Source: an uncultured Bacillota bacterium (lineage in GTDB: Bacteria; Bacillota_I; Bacilli_A; RFN20; CAG-826). From it: a DNA stretch of 46,079 nucleotides. The stretch is taken from the NCBI GenBank assembly GCA_946623775.1, contig CAMORJ010000003.1:1-46079 (forward strand). Direction: 5' to 3'. The notes under the pieces are model-generated. The model made no database searches and had not been told where the DNA came from. It saw nothing but the letters and a program-made list of their open reading frames with translations. How positions within the stretch are numbered: the stretch's first letter is position 1; each line of letters begins with the position of its first letter. Both the position numbers and the translations under genes were made by a program. Shown in pieces: positions 25,486 through 36,241 of the stretch.

Positions 25486-26720
25486 GCATTGATGTGAAGA
25501 AGATCCGCGCCGATTTCCCGATGTTCAGAAACGGCATAAAAATGCAAGGCCACGACCTTGTTTTTCTAGACAACGCATCGACTACTTTCAAGCCTGACAG
25601 CGTTCTGGAAGCAGTCACTTCCTATTACACGAATAGGACGAGCAACTCCCATCGCGGCGACTATGACCTTTGCTATGACATGGACGTCGCCGTCTTGTCG
25701 GCCAGAAAGACGATTGCCTCTTTCCTCAATTCCGACTGGAAGGAAATCGTCTTTACCTCGGGCGCCACGGCCTCTCTTAATTTGGTGGCTTTCGGCTATG
25801 CGGCAAAATACCTTGGGCCGAATGATGAAATCCTGTTGACCCAAGCCGAGCATGCATCCAACGTTTTGCCTTGGTATAAAGTCGCTGAAATGACGGGGTG
25901 CAAAATCAATTTCATCCCGCTTGACGAACAGGGTAGATTGACCGTCGAAAACCTCAAAAACACACTCACGCCCTCAACGAAATTGGTTTGCGTGGCTCAC
26001 GTAACCAACGTTTTGGGATATCTTGCTCCGGTGAAGGAATTGGCTAAGGCGTGCCATGAAAATGGAACGCTTTTGTGCGTCGACGGCGCTCAATCCGTGC
26101 CTCATTGCGCAACCGATGTCCGCGATTTGGATTGCGACTTCCTCGCCTTCTCCGGCCATAAGCTCTGCGGTCCGACCGGAATCGGCGTTTTGTATGGCAA
26201 ATTCGAGTTGCTCAGCAAAATGGAACCGTTCATGACGGGCGGCGGAATGAATGCGAAGTTCGATATGTGCGGAGACGTGAATTATCTTGAGCCGCCTCTT
26301 CGCTTCGAAGCCGGGACCCAAAACCTTGAAGGCATATTGGGCCTTGAGGCCGCGGTTCGCTATGTGCAAAGCGTTGGCATGGACAACATTGCCGAGCATG
26401 AGCGCGCTCTGAAGAAATACGCGGTCGAGAAGCTGGCCGCGACAAAGAAAGTCACCATTTACAATGCCGAATCCGAAGCCGGCATCGTGACGTTCAATGT
26501 CGATGGCGTGTTTGCCCAAGACGCCGCTACATATTTGAATTCGCGCGGCATTGCCTGCAGGTCTGGCCAGCATTGCGCCAAAATCCTGAATGACTTTTTG
26601 AAAACCGTCGCCACGGTCCGCGCATCTTTCTATTTTTATACCTCATACGAAGACATCGACGCCTTGGTCGAAGCTGTTACCCACTGCAAGGAGGAATTCC
26701 TGAATGCCTATTTCAATTGA
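25482..26720 (+). CDS. sufS: Cysteine desulfurase SufS
   Basis: FLDNAST, DGAQSVPH, FSGHKLCGPTGIG, RSGQHCA. Confidence 0.95.
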   Translation: MSIDVKKIRADFPMFRNGIKMQGHDLVFLDNASTTFKPDSVLEAVTSYYTNRTSNSHRGDYDLCYDMDVAVLSARKTIASFLNSDWKEIVFTSGATASLNLVAFGYAAKYLGPNDEILLTQAEHASNVLPWYKVAEMTGCKINFIPLDEQGRLTVENLKNTLTPSTKLVCVAHVTNVLGYLAPVKELAKACHENGTLLCVDGAQSVPHCATDVRDLDCDFLAFSGHKLCGPTGIGVLYGKFELLSKMEPFMTGGGMNAKFDMCGDVNYLEPPLRFEAGTQNLEGILGLEAAVRYVQSVGMDNIAEHERALKKYAVEKLAATKKVTIYNAESEAGIVTFNVDGVFAQDAATYLNSRGIACRSGQHCAKILNDFLKTVATVRASFYFYTSYEDIDALVEAVTHCKEEFLNAYFN

Positions 26721-27156
26721 ACTGACTCCGGATATCATGCGTGAGATAATCCTCGATCACGCCTCCTCCCCCCGTCACAAAATCGTTCCATCGGAGGAAG
26801 GTTATCTTTCAATGCATTCCTCTTCCGTCAATTGCATCGATGACATCGACGTTTATCTTAAAGAAGACGGAAGCGGCTTCATTTCTGATGCGAGGTGGGA
26901 AGGAACGGCCTGCACGATTTCCACAGCGTCCACCGATATCCTCTGCGACTTGCTCATCGGCAAGAAAAAAGAGGATGCCCTGTACATGATTGAGCAGTAC
27001 ACCAAAATGCTGCACGAAGAAGAGTACGACGCTTCTGTACTAGAAGAAGCGCTCGCCTTCATGAACACATCGAAACAGGCCGCCCGCATCCATTGCGCGA
27101 CCATCGGCTGGGACGCCGTTTCCGAATTGCTCAAGGAGCATCACCATGAGTCTTGA
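26704..27156 (+). CDS. sufU: SufU sulfur-transfer/scaffold protein
   Basis: [25 protein letters not shown]; operon position. Confidence 0.9.
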   Translation: MPISIELTPDIMREIILDHASSPRHKIVPSEEGYLSMHSSSVNCIDDIDVYLKEDGSGFISDARWEGTACTISTASTDILCDLLIGKKKEDALYMIEQYTKMLHEEEYDASVLEEALAFMNTSKQAARIHCATIGWDAVSELLKEHHHES

Positions 27157-28552
27157 AGATCAAAAGGAACTTTTAGAAGGCGAATACCAGTATGGCTTCA
27201 GGGATGAAGACGTCTCTATTTTCTCCACGGGCAAAGGCTTGACCGAAGAAGTGGTGCGCGAGATCTCCAAAGCCAAGGGCGAGCCTGAGTGGATGCTTGA
27301 ATTCCGTTTGAAGGCATTCCGTATTTTCCAAGCGATGCCCATGCCGAAATTCGGCCCGAGCCTCGACTTCATGGACTTTGATTCCTATACGTATTTCACC
27401 CGCGTCGCTTCCAATGAGGAAACCTCGTGGGACGACGTTCCTGAAGCGGTCAAAAACACTTTCCAAAAACTCGGTATTCCTGAAGCCGAGCAGAAATTCT
27501 TGGCTGGCGTCTCCACCCAATATGAGTCTGAGGTCGTTTACCACAACATGCTCGAGGAGGTGCGCGAGAAGGGCGTTATCTTCTTGTCCACAGATATGGG
27601 TTTGAAGTTATTCCCCGAAATCTTCAAAAAATATTTCGCGACCGTCATCCCCATCGCGGATAGCAAGTTCTCCGCTTTGAATTCCGCTTGCTGGAGCGGC
27701 GGCTCGTTCATTTACGTTCCGAAAGGCGTCAAATTGGAAAAGCCCCTCCAGTCTTATTTCCGCATCAACAATGAGAAGACGGGGCAATTCGAACGCACCC
27801 TCATCATCGCCGATGAAGGAGCGGACATCCATTACGTAGAAGGATGCACGGCCCCCATATATTCCAAAGAATCATTGCATGTCGGCGTCGTCGAAATCAT
27901 CGTCGAAAAAGGCGCCCATGTCAGGTATACGACCATTCAAAACTGGTCCAACAACATTTTGAATCTTGTCACCCAGCGTTCGCGCGTTGAGGAAGATGGC
28001 TTCATGGAATGGGTCGACGGCAACATCGGCTCCATGATGACGATGAAATACCCTGCTTGCGTTTTGAATGGCGACAGGGCCCGCGGATCGACGATTTCGA
28101 TTGCCGTCGGCGGCAAAGGGCAATACCAAGACGCTGGCGCGAGGATGATTCACGTCGGAAAGAACACATCATCCACCATTATCTCGAAATCCATCGTTCA
28201 TGGCGGAGGCGTCGCCAATTACCGTGGCACCGTTCGTTTTATGCCCAACGCCACCGGTTCCAAATCCCATGTTGAGTGCGACACGTTGATTCTTGATGAG
28301 GAATCCCGTTCCGACACCATCCCGAACAACCAAACCAAAAACAACGATTCCTATATCGAACACGAAGCAACCGTATCCAAAATCAGCGAAGAGCAACTCT
28401 TCTACCTTATGAGCCGCGGCCTCACCAAAGAACAGGCGACCCAAATGATCGTCATGGGCTTCATTGAACCGTTCTCCAAAGAACTTCCAATGGAATATGC
28501 CGTTGAACTCAACCGCCTCATCAAAATGGACATGGAAGGTTCGGTCGGATGA
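27146..28552 (+). CDS. sufB: Fe-S cluster assembly protein SufB
   Basis: [39 protein letters not shown]. Confidence 0.96.
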   Translation: MSLEDQKELLEGEYQYGFRDEDVSIFSTGKGLTEEVVREISKAKGEPEWMLEFRLKAFRIFQAMPMPKFGPSLDFMDFDSYTYFTRVASNEETSWDDVPEAVKNTFQKLGIPEAEQKFLAGVSTQYESEVVYHNMLEEVREKGVIFLSTDMGLKLFPEIFKKYFATVIPIADSKFSALNSACWSGGSFIYVPKGVKLEKPLQSYFRINNEKTGQFERTLIIADEGADIHYVEGCTAPIYSKESLHVGVVEIIVEKGAHVRYTTIQNWSNNILNLVTQRSRVEEDGFMEWVDGNIGSMMTMKYPACVLNGDRARGSTISIAVGGKGQYQDAGARMIHVGKNTSSTIISKSIVHGGGVANYRGTVRFMPNATGSKSHVECDTLILDEESRSDTIPNNQTKNNDSYIEHEATVSKISEEQLFYLMSRGLTKEQATQMIVMGFIEPFSKELPMEYAVELNRLIKMDMEGSVG

Positions 28553-30423
28553 GCTTCGATTACGATGTGATTGTCGTCGGCGGAGGTCACGCCGGCGTAG
28601 AAGCAAGCCACGCAGCAGCCGTGATGGGCATGCGTACTCTTTTGATTACGCTGAACAAGCATATGATTGCCAACATGCCCTGCAACCCCCATATCGGTGG
28701 GTCGGCAAAGGGAGTGGTCGTCCGTGAAGTCGACGCCTTGGGCGGACTCATGGGGAAAGCTGCTGACCATAGGCCTTTGCAGATCAAAATGCTCAATACC
28801 GGCAAAGGCCCTGGTGTCCAATGCTTGAGGTCTCAACAAGATAAGCGCGGATACCCAGAATATGTGCAAAAACTTCTTGAAAGTACGCAAAACCTTGAGA
28901 TTCTAGAAGCAGAAGTGGTTGATTTGCTTCATGATGATCATCGCGTTTTGGGCGTTATTCTCGCTGATAAAAAAGAGATTTCTAGCCAGGCCGTAATCAT
29001 TACGACCGGCACCTATTTAAACGGCGCAATCATTTCCGGCTCCTCTTCCGTTCCCGGCGGTCCTGATGGAGAAAAAGCGTCCCTCGGCCTAACCGAGAGC
29101 TTGGAGAGAATGGGTGTCAAGACGTGGCGCTTAAAGACCGGAACGCCTCCTCGCATCGCCAAATCTACCATCGACTTTTCGCAGATGGGCATAGAGGAAG
29201 GCTCGGACGATAAACTTGCCTTCTCCTATGAAACCGAAGTGTTCACCCCGCTAAGCAAACAGCTGCCTTGCTATTTGCTTTATACGAACGATGAGACGCA
29301 TCGCATTATCCATGAGCATTTAAACGAAAGCGCGTTATTCAATGGCCTGATTAATTCCGTTGGTCCCCGTTACTGCCCTTCGATCGAAAGCAAACTGGTT
29401 CGCTTTGCGGATAAGCCGCGCCATCAGCTATTTTTGGAACCTGAATTCTTTGAGGGCGAATCGTTCTATCTCCAGGGATTCTCAACTGGCATGCCGCATG
29501 ATATCCAAGAGCAAATGGTTCATAGTCTCCATGGCTTGGAACATGCCAAACTTTTGAAATATGCCTACCAGATTGAATATGATGCCATTGAGCCGCTTCA
29601 ATTCGATGCGACATTGAGAGTGAAAAAATACCAAGGCCTCTATGGCGCTGGGCAGATCGTCGGCACTTCTGGTTATGAGGAAGCTGCTGGGCTCGGCATT
29701 ATGGCGGGCATCAACGCCGTTCTGGCTATTCGCGGCGAGCCGCCGTTTATTTTGAAGCGCAACGAATCCTATATCGGCGTCATGATCGATGATTTGGTTA
29801 CCAAAGGAACCGAAGAGCCTTATCGTCTTTTATCGTCAAGGGCGGAATACCGCTTGCTACTGAGGCATGATAACGCCGACCTTCGTTTGACCGAATACGG
29901 GTACCGTCTTGGCCTAATTCAGCGACCCCGTTACATCAAATTCGTAGAAAAATATAAGAAAATCGACGAGATTATTTCATTGCTGTCGACCCATAATGTG
30001 GCAGACAGGGAAGGGCTTAATTCCTACTTCGAAGAGCTTGGATATGCGACTACTACCGATGGCTGGAAAGGCATCGATATCCTCCGCCGTCCACGCATCA
30101 AATACGCTAGGCTGGCCAAACTCATGGACTGCCTTGAAGGATATGAATTAGATGATGAATCCATATTAGCGCTCGAAACCAAGGTAAAATATGAAGGCTA
30201 TATCAAGAAGCAGCAAAAGGAAGCCGAGGCTCTTTTGAGAGAAGAAGGCATGCCATTATCCCCTGACATCGATTATCTCCATATGGATGGTTTGAGGTTG
30301 GAGGCCAGGCAAAAGCTTGACGCCGTTAAGCCGTTGACCGTTGCGCAAGCCGCAAGAATTTCCGGGGTCAACCCCGCTGATATCTCGATATTGCTCATCA
30401 ATCTGCGGAGGGAGAAAAAATGA
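28549..30423 (+). CDS. mnmG: tRNA uridine 5-carboxymethylaminomethyl modification enzyme MnmG (GidA)
   Basis: [40 protein letters not shown]. Confidence 0.96.
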   Translation: MSFDYDVIVVGGGHAGVEASHAAAVMGMRTLLITLNKHMIANMPCNPHIGGSAKGVVVREVDALGGLMGKAADHRPLQIKMLNTGKGPGVQCLRSQQDKRGYPEYVQKLLESTQNLEILEAEVVDLLHDDHRVLGVILADKKEISSQAVIITTGTYLNGAIISGSSSVPGGPDGEKASLGLTESLERMGVKTWRLKTGTPPRIAKSTIDFSQMGIEEGSDDKLAFSYETEVFTPLSKQLPCYLLYTNDETHRIIHEHLNESALFNGLINSVGPRYCPSIESKLVRFADKPRHQLFLEPEFFEGESFYLQGFSTGMPHDIQEQMVHSLHGLEHAKLLKYAYQIEYDAIEPLQFDATLRVKKYQGLYGAGQIVGTSGYEEAAGLGIMAGINAVLAIRGEPPFILKRNESYIGVMIDDLVTKGTEEPYRLLSSRAEYRLLLRHDNADLRLTEYGYRLGLIQRPRYIKFVEKYKKIDEIISLLSTHNVADREGLNSYFEELGYATTTDGWKGIDILRRPRIKYARLAKLMDCLEGYELDDESILALETKVKYEGYIKKQQKEAEALLREEGMPLSPDIDYLHMDGLRLEARQKLDAVKPLTVAQAARISGVNPADISILLINLRREKK

Positions 30424-31121
30424 ACTATCAGGAAATGGCTGCGTTGTTGGCGGAAAAAGGAATCGTTCTCCCTGAAGATGCAGAATCGAAATTCGCCCTC
30501 TATGCCTCTCTCTTAAAAGAATGGAATGAGAAGATGAATCTCACTTCCATCGTTGAGCCGGAAGAAGTATATGAAAAGCATTTTTATGACAGCCTCTTGA
30601 TTGCTCATGGCTTTTCTTTTGACAACAAAAAGATCGCCGACATCGGCTCTGGTGCAGGCTTTCCCGGCATGGCTATTGCCATTGCGTTCCCAAAGGCCAA
30701 AGTCACTCTGATCGATGCCACAAAAAAGAAATTCGCCTTCTTGGAAGAAGTGAAAAAACAGTGTGCTGTCGAGAACGTTTCGTTCGCGCTTGGCAGGGTT
30801 GAGGAAATGAAAACATCAAGAGAGCGTTTCGATGTCGTTACCTCTCGTGGCTTCGCCGCTTTGCCGGTGTTTGTTGAAGTGGGGGTACCTCTATTGAAGG
30901 TTGGAGGGACATTGCTTGCAATGAAAGGCTCCAAAGGCGGTGAAGAACTCCATGCCGCCACCTCGGCTTTAAAGAAATTGAATACCAACCTCTCTGACTC
31001 GAAAAAAGAGATTCTTCCAAGCGATGAAAGCGTCCGCATAAATTATTACTTCACCAAAAAAGGGCGGACCCCTGATCGATTTCCGAGGTCTTGGGCCGAA
31101 ATTCTCAAGAAGCCTCTCTAA
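30420..31121 (+). CDS. rsmG: 16S rRNA m7G527 methyltransferase RsmG (GidB)
   Basis: WNEKMNLT, KHFYDSL, DIGSGAGFPG. Confidence 0.95.
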   Translation: MNYQEMAALLAEKGIVLPEDAESKFALYASLLKEWNEKMNLTSIVEPEEVYEKHFYDSLLIAHGFSFDNKKIADIGSGAGFPGMAIAIAFPKAKVTLIDATKKKFAFLEEVKKQCAVENVSFALGRVEEMKTSRERFDVVTSRGFAALPVFVEVGVPLLKVGGTLLAMKGSKGGEELHAATSALKKLNTNLSDSKKEILPSDESVRINYYFTKKGRTPDRFPRSWAEILKKPL

Positions 31122-31168
31122 TCGTGAAACTACTTTAATTGTTTCACAGCAGAGCGTAAAATCTCGTT

Positions 31169-31942
31169 ATGATCACCATTGCTATAGCAAACCAAAAAGG
31201 AGGCGTCGGAAAGACCACTACGGCTATCAACCTTTCCGCGTCTTTGGCTCACTTGGGCCGAAAAACGTTGCTCATCGACCTTGATCCTCAAGGGAATTCC
31301 GGCAGAGGCGTCGGCATAGATATCTCCATGCCGGAATTAACCGTGTTTGAATCCCTTTCGAAAGGCGTTCCCTTAAAGGATTGCATCCTCCACACCAGCT
31401 TCGATGGATTGGATATCATTCCCGCGAATCTTCGTTTGGCCTCTTTCGAAGCGTCTTTGTATGAGAATCCTTTGCCCGAGCCATTCCTATTGCTGCGCAA
31501 AAGGATGGAAGAACTTGGAAGCGACGGCTATGACTATGTGATTTTGGATTGCCCTCCATCTTTGGGCTTGCTAAGCATCAACGCGCTTGCCGCATCCAAC
31601 TCCGTCATCATTCCGATTCAATGCGAGTACTTTGCGCTTGAAGCCGTTGCTGCGATTTTGTCAACCGTCAGCAAGGTCCAAGCCGCTCAGAACCCTGATT
31701 TAAGAATCGAAGGCTTCTTGCTTACGATGTACGATTCGAGGACCCAGCTTGGAACCGAAATTTCCTCTGAGGTGCGCCATCTTTTCAAAGAGAATACCTT
31801 CCTTACCTCCATTCCGAGGAACCAATCGATAGCCGAAAGTCAAGCAAGGCAGGTTCCTGCCCTTGCGTTCCGCCCCAACAGTCAGGGCGCTACTGCGTAT
31901 TTAGCGCTAGCGAGAGAGGTTATCGATCATGAAGAAAGGTAG
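31169..31942 (+). CDS. parA: ParA/Soj family ATPase
   Basis: NQKGGVGKTT, DLDPQGN, DCPPSLG, QCEYFALE. Confidence 0.95.
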   Translation: MITIAIANQKGGVGKTTTAINLSASLAHLGRKTLLIDLDPQGNSGRGVGIDISMPELTVFESLSKGVPLKDCILHTSFDGLDIIPANLRLASFEASLYENPLPEPFLLLRKRMEELGSDGYDYVILDCPPSLGLLSINALAASNSVIIPIQCEYFALEAVAAILSTVSKVQAAQNPDLRIEGFLLTMYDSRTQLGTEISSEVRHLFKENTFLTSIPRNQSIAESQARQVPALAFRPNSQGATAYLALAREVIDHEER

Positions 31943-32762
31943 TAAGCCGATTTTATCCGCTTCTCTTTCTGAACTGATTGAGAAGTTTTCCCGCGAAGAC
32001 GTAATCGCGGTCATGGAGAAGGAATATCAATCCGCTCCAGCCAAATTAATCCCCATTTCTCTCATTGACGATACTAAGTTCATCTCGGATGTCCTTTTTC
32101 CCGAAGACACAATCGAAATCTTTGCCAAAGGGCTAAAGGAAAAAGGGTTTTATAATCCTTTGGTCGTCAGAAAAAAGGGCAAAGAACGTTATGAAGTCGT
32201 TCTTGGAAGAAAACGTTTCTTCGGCGCCCAAAAAGCCGGAATTCTTTCTTTGCCATGCGTTATCGCAAACGTCGGCGACGAAGAAGAGCTGCTGATGCTT
32301 TTGGCGGATACCCGTGACAACCGAGACTCCAACGTTGTTGAGATGGCTTTGGTTTGCCAGGCGCTGGCGAAGCGTTTTGGTTATTCCCAAAAGACTTTGG
32401 CCGAGCTCTCCCATCAATCAAGGAGCCAAATCACCAACACTCTTCGTATCCTCAGGCTCCCTAAATCTGTTAGGGACGACATTTGCTTAGGCAAACTCAG
32501 CTATGGACATGCCAGGGCGGTTGCAAGCCTCGATGGGGAACGCTTGAGGGTCGCGTTGCGGAAAATATTCGACGAAAAAATGTCTGTTCGCGATACCGAA
32601 AGATATGTGAAATCGCTTGGCCAATCCGATCCATTTCAGAATGAAGAAATCATAAAAGAGGCGACCCGTGCATCGGAAGTTATCGAGAAAAAGAAATCGC
32701 TGACCTTAGTTTTTGATTCGGAAGAAGCAAAGCAGGAATTCCTGAGCTCCTTGATTGGATAG
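31929..32762 (+). CDS. parB: ParB/Spo0J family protein with a divergent CTP-binding box
   Basis: Follows parA; PLVVR, HTH SQKTLAELSHQSRSQITNTLRILRLP, LSYGHARA, MSVRDTE. Confidence 0.85.
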   Translation: MKKGSKPILSASLSELIEKFSREDVIAVMEKEYQSAPAKLIPISLIDDTKFISDVLFPEDTIEIFAKGLKEKGFYNPLVVRKKGKERYEVVLGRKRFFGAQKAGILSLPCVIANVGDEEELLMLLADTRDNRDSNVVEMALVCQALAKRFGYSQKTLAELSHQSRSQITNTLRILRLPKSVRDDICLGKLSYGHARAVASLDGERLRVALRKIFDEKMSVRDTERYVKSLGQSDPFQNEEIIKEATRASEVIEKKKSLTLVFDSEEAKQEFLSSLIG

Positions 32763-32840
32763 GGAGGAAACCGAGATTTTGTTAGACGCGCGAGTACGTG
32801 GTTACGTCTTATCGTTTGAGTGATAGAATAGTTTGTCTTT

Positions 32841-34910
32841 ATGGAAACCATTAAGGAAAAAATAGTTTGGGCAGCAAAATCATGGGCACCTTATGTCATG
32901 ATGTTTTTGGCTACTCTTGCCGCCTGCGCAATCTACTTTATTCCTGGCATTCCCGCAGGCGATGACCAAGGGACTCATTTGGCCTATATCCAAGACATTC
33001 TTTATGGTTTGGAGAATGGATTCCATGGCCTTTCCGTCAGCCATAAGATCATGGGTATCTTTGGGTATAATTTCCAAACGTTCTATGCGCCGCTGCCGCA
33101 GTACACGGTGGCCTACGTCGCCTATGTTTTCAGATATAGCGGAATCGGCATTATCCAGGCGATCAAGCTAACGAACATGTTCTTCGTGTTCGTCTCATCC
33201 ATCTACGTCTATCTTTTGGCGAAAAGGGTCACGAACAGCAGGCCCATCGCAACCGTCTTCGGGGTCGGCTTTGTCTTCTTCCCATACCGATTGGTTTGCA
33301 TCTTCTATCGCGCCGCCTTATCCGAAGCCATTGCAATCGCATTCATCCCCATCGCTTTCTATGCTGCCTACAGAATCTTGCATGATGAGAAACCGAAGGT
33401 CGCTCCTTACGTAAACATGGTCATCGGCATTTCGGGCCTGGTTTTGAGCCATCCATTCACCGCCATGATCTCCGTTCTCAGCCTCCTTCTTTACATCATC
33501 GCCTCCTTCCCGAGGATCCTCGTAATTGCAAAAAGAGCTGAGACGTATGTCTATACTGTCGCTGCTTTGGTTCTGATCGTAGGCATGATTGCATTCTGGG
33601 TATTGCCGATGTTCCAAGCCCTTCACAGCGGTTTGTATCGCGTCTCGGATAACGAGGTCATGTGGACGAATAAGGAACATATGATTTGGTCTACCGAGAA
33701 TAGCTTTAATTTCTCAGGCATTTTGGATTTAAGCTGGATTACGGACTTCAGAAACGATTATGGGTGGACCGCGACGGCCGACACTGCATCCAAATGGACG
33801 ATCGAGCTGATAATCCTTTGCGTTACCTGCGCTGGATCTATCGCCTTGCGCGAAGTCGGCAGGCGAAAAGGGTGGAAAATGTTCTGGCTCAACCTTGCAG
33901 TGGCCGCGATACTTTTCTTGCCGATCATCTTCTATCTCCCTCGTATTGAAATCGTGATGACGCTGCTGTTCTTCTATGCGCTTCTTTGGATATTCGACCT
34001 CGATCCAACGATGAAGGAGGAAGCGCTGCCTCTTAGGGAAAGCGCAAAATCCGCTGCGTTATCCACTGAGGTCTATGCCGCCATCATCATGTTCATTTTC
34101 TTCATGATATTCGTCCTTTCCGCCGATGCGTGGGAATGGCTGCCGTCCATTTTCTATACCGCCCAATTCGCATGGAGGGCTTGGTCGATGGTTGGCATGG
34201 CCGTCGTTCTGATTGCCGTTGTCGTCTGCAAACTATTCAAAGGAAGAAAGCTCCCTCTCGATATTCTCACCTTCGCTTCCGTTTTGCTTTTGGCGCTTTC
34301 TCAGGCTTGCGCCGATAAGCGCGTCGCTTTCGCGAACGGCAATTTCCATTACAGGTGGTATGACACAAGCAGCATAGATGAAGTTAGGGCGATCGGCGCT
34401 CAAGACGAATATAGCCCTCTCATATTTTGGGATAACACCTATCGCTCCCCTTATTCCAACAGCATCTACAGCAAAGTTCGTTTTACCATGATTTATCAAA
34501 ACGGCTTCATCAGAGACATCGACCGTTACATTTCCCCTGAGTTCCTTGAAGGCAGCGGGGACATGATCATCACCGAGCTCAACACGCCGGATGCAAAATA
34601 TGAGTTAACCGTAGATTCGGATGAGGCGTACATCCAACTCCCTCAGTTCTATTACGATGGCTATGAAATTACTTTAAAATCCGGAGACGAATCCAAGGTT
34701 CTTCAACCGGTTTATCAAGACGGTCTTTTGGCGTTCCGTGCGTCCAAAGGCGAGTATAAGGTCGAATTGCATTACATCGGAAGCTTGGCATACCGCATCG
34801 GCAGGCCATTCTTCTACATCTCCATCGCTGGAGTCATCGGACTAGGAGTCGGCGGCTACATTTGGAGCAAAAAGAAGGAAAAGAAAGAATCTGAAATCGT
34901 CGAAAACTAA
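32841..34910 (+). CDS. Polytopic membrane protein, GT-C-like (YfhO/PTPS-related family)
   Basis: GDDQGTH, FYAPL, RAALSE, QFAWR, C-terminal QLPQFYYDGY and terminal TM helix. Confidence 0.7.
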   Translation: METIKEKIVWAAKSWAPYVMMFLATLAACAIYFIPGIPAGDDQGTHLAYIQDILYGLENGFHGLSVSHKIMGIFGYNFQTFYAPLPQYTVAYVAYVFRYSGIGIIQAIKLTNMFFVFVSSIYVYLLAKRVTNSRPIATVFGVGFVFFPYRLVCIFYRAALSEAIAIAFIPIAFYAAYRILHDEKPKVAPYVNMVIGISGLVLSHPFTAMISVLSLLLYIIASFPRILVIAKRAETYVYTVAALVLIVGMIAFWVLPMFQALHSGLYRVSDNEVMWTNKEHMIWSTENSFNFSGILDLSWITDFRNDYGWTATADTASKWTIELIILCVTCAGSIALREVGRRKGWKMFWLNLAVAAILFLPIIFYLPRIEIVMTLLFFYALLWIFDLDPTMKEEALPLRESAKSAALSTEVYAAIIMFIFFMIFVLSADAWEWLPSIFYTAQFAWRAWSMVGMAVVLIAVVVCKLFKGRKLPLDILTFASVLLLALSQACADKRVAFANGNFHYRWYDTSSIDEVRAIGAQDEYSPLIFWDNTYRSPYSNSIYSKVRFTMIYQNGFIRDIDRYISPEFLEGSGDMIITELNTPDAKYELTVDSDEAYIQLPQFYYDGYEITLKSGDESKVLQPVYQDGLLAFRASKGEYKVELHYIGSLAYRIGRPFFYISIAGVIGLGVGGYIWSKKKEKKESEIVEN

Positions 34911-34949
34911 TACACGCCCCTGATATTTTAATCTTTGTGTGCTTTTTCG

Positions 34950-34978
34950 TTGGCACTCTGAATAAAGGCTCCTATAAT
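34950..34978 (+). promoter_or_regulatory. SigA promoter of ribU
   Basis: TTGGCA-17 nt-TATAAT. Confidence 0.8.
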
Positions 34979-34983
34979 GATGT

Positions 34984-35093
34984 CGCTTCAGGGTGACGAG
35001 AATTACGTCGACTGGCGGTACAGCCCGCGAGCTCGCAAGAGCATGAATCGGTGAAACTCCGATGCCAACGGTAAAGTCCGGATGATAGAAGTG
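34984..35093 (+). ncRNA. FMN riboswitch (RFN element)
   Basis: CTTCAGGG...ACTGGCGGTACAGCCCGCGAGC...GGTGAAACTCCGATGCCAACGGTAAAGTCCGGATGATAGAAG; downstream hairpin ACGCCTCC/GGAGGCGT-TTTT (35113-35145) overlaps the SD. Confidence 0.92.
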
Positions 35094-35145
35094 CATCACG
35101 ATTGATACATTCACGCCTCCCTGTCGCTTGCATGGAGGCGTTTTT

Positions 35146-35850
35146 ATGACTTCGGACAAAATCATGACCATCGTAGCGCTGGCGTTGTTGTTCGTTTCCT
35201 TCGTTTTGACTTTCCTGCTTTTGCGCAAATTGGTGCCAGGGAAGAAATATAATCGTGTTCGCTTTATCGCAAGAGTCGGCATGTTCGGCGCAATGTCCGC
35301 CATTCTTTATTGCGTTCCTTTTTTGACTTTCAACATCCCGCTATTCCCAAGTTTCTTGTCTTTCCATTTCGATGAGATCCCGGCTTTCGTCTGCGGATTT
35401 GCATATGGCCCTTTGTCCGGATTCGCGGTTTTGTTTGTCAAAACGCTTATCAAATTGCCGATGACCTCCACGATGACGGTTGGAGAACTCGGGGATTTGG
35501 TTTTATCTTCCATCTACGTTATCCCAAGCACCGTCATCTACAAGAGAATCCGAAATCTCAAAGGCGTCGCCATCGGTTTTGGCATTTCAACGCTTTTGCA
35601 GTTAATAATGTCTATGGTTTTGAACGTCTACGTTCTTGTACCGTTCTACCAGTTCATGGGCATGCCATTTGAAGTCATTTTCAACGCCATGAAGGCCGCT
35701 AATCCAGCGATTACCGATGCGCAGTGGAGCTATGCCTTCCTTGCGGTCTTGCCCTTCAACGCCATGAAGGACGCAATTGTCATTGTCGTTACATTCCTCG
35801 TATATCGATCGATTCACGTCGTCATGCGATTTGAAAAAACTGAACAGTAA
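35146..35850 (+). CDS. ribU: ECF transporter S component, riboflavin RibU
   Basis: PSFLSFHFDEIPA, GFAYGP, VGELGD, LPFNAMK; controlled by FMN riboswitch. Confidence 0.88.
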   Translation: MTSDKIMTIVALALLFVSFVLTFLLLRKLVPGKKYNRVRFIARVGMFGAMSAILYCVPFLTFNIPLFPSFLSFHFDEIPAFVCGFAYGPLSGFAVLFVKTLIKLPMTSTMTVGELGDLVLSSIYVIPSTVIYKRIRNLKGVAIGFGISTLLQLIMSMVLNVYVLVPFYQFMGMPFEVIFNAMKAANPAITDAQWSYAFLAVLPFNAMKDAIVIVVTFLVYRSIHVVMRFEKTEQ

Positions 35851-35851
35851 G

Positions 35852-35882
35852 AAAAAAAGTCGACCGTTGGCCGACTTTTTTC
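35852..35882. terminator. Bidirectional terminator between ribU and ferredoxin
   Basis: AAAAAAGTCG-N-CC-GTT-GG-N-CGACTTTTTT. Confidence 0.75.
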
Positions 35883-35895
35883 TAATGAGAGGTGA

Positions 35896-36078
35896 TTATT
35901 CCTCGGAGATTGCCTGAACCGGGCAATTCGCGATGGCATCATCGATCTCGGCGTCATCGCCTTCGGCGATTGCGACCGCTTTGCCTTCGTCATTGAATTC
36001 AAAGGCAGCGGGGCAGGTGCCAACGCAAAGTCCACAGCCGATGCAAGCATCGGAGTCAACGCGTGCTTTCTTTGCCAT
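35896..36078 (-). CDS. fer: Ferredoxin, single [4Fe-4S]
   Basis: CIGCGLC...CP and C-terminal NCPVQAI; AGGAGG SD. Confidence 0.92.
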   Translation of the reverse strand: MAKKARVDSDACIGCGLCVGTCPAAFEFNDEGKAVAIAEGDDAEIDDAIANCPVQAISEE

Positions 36079-36241
36079 TGTTAGTTCCTCCTATTTCGAG
36101 CCCATTATATGAGCAGGGGGGAAGGAATGAAAGAGAAAACTAAAAATAGGCGTCTCCGAATTATGGGGTAAATTACTTTTTGGTAATTTTTCTTCTCCTG
36201 CTCCATTCCCTAAACACCTTTGGCAAGGTATGATAAAACCC

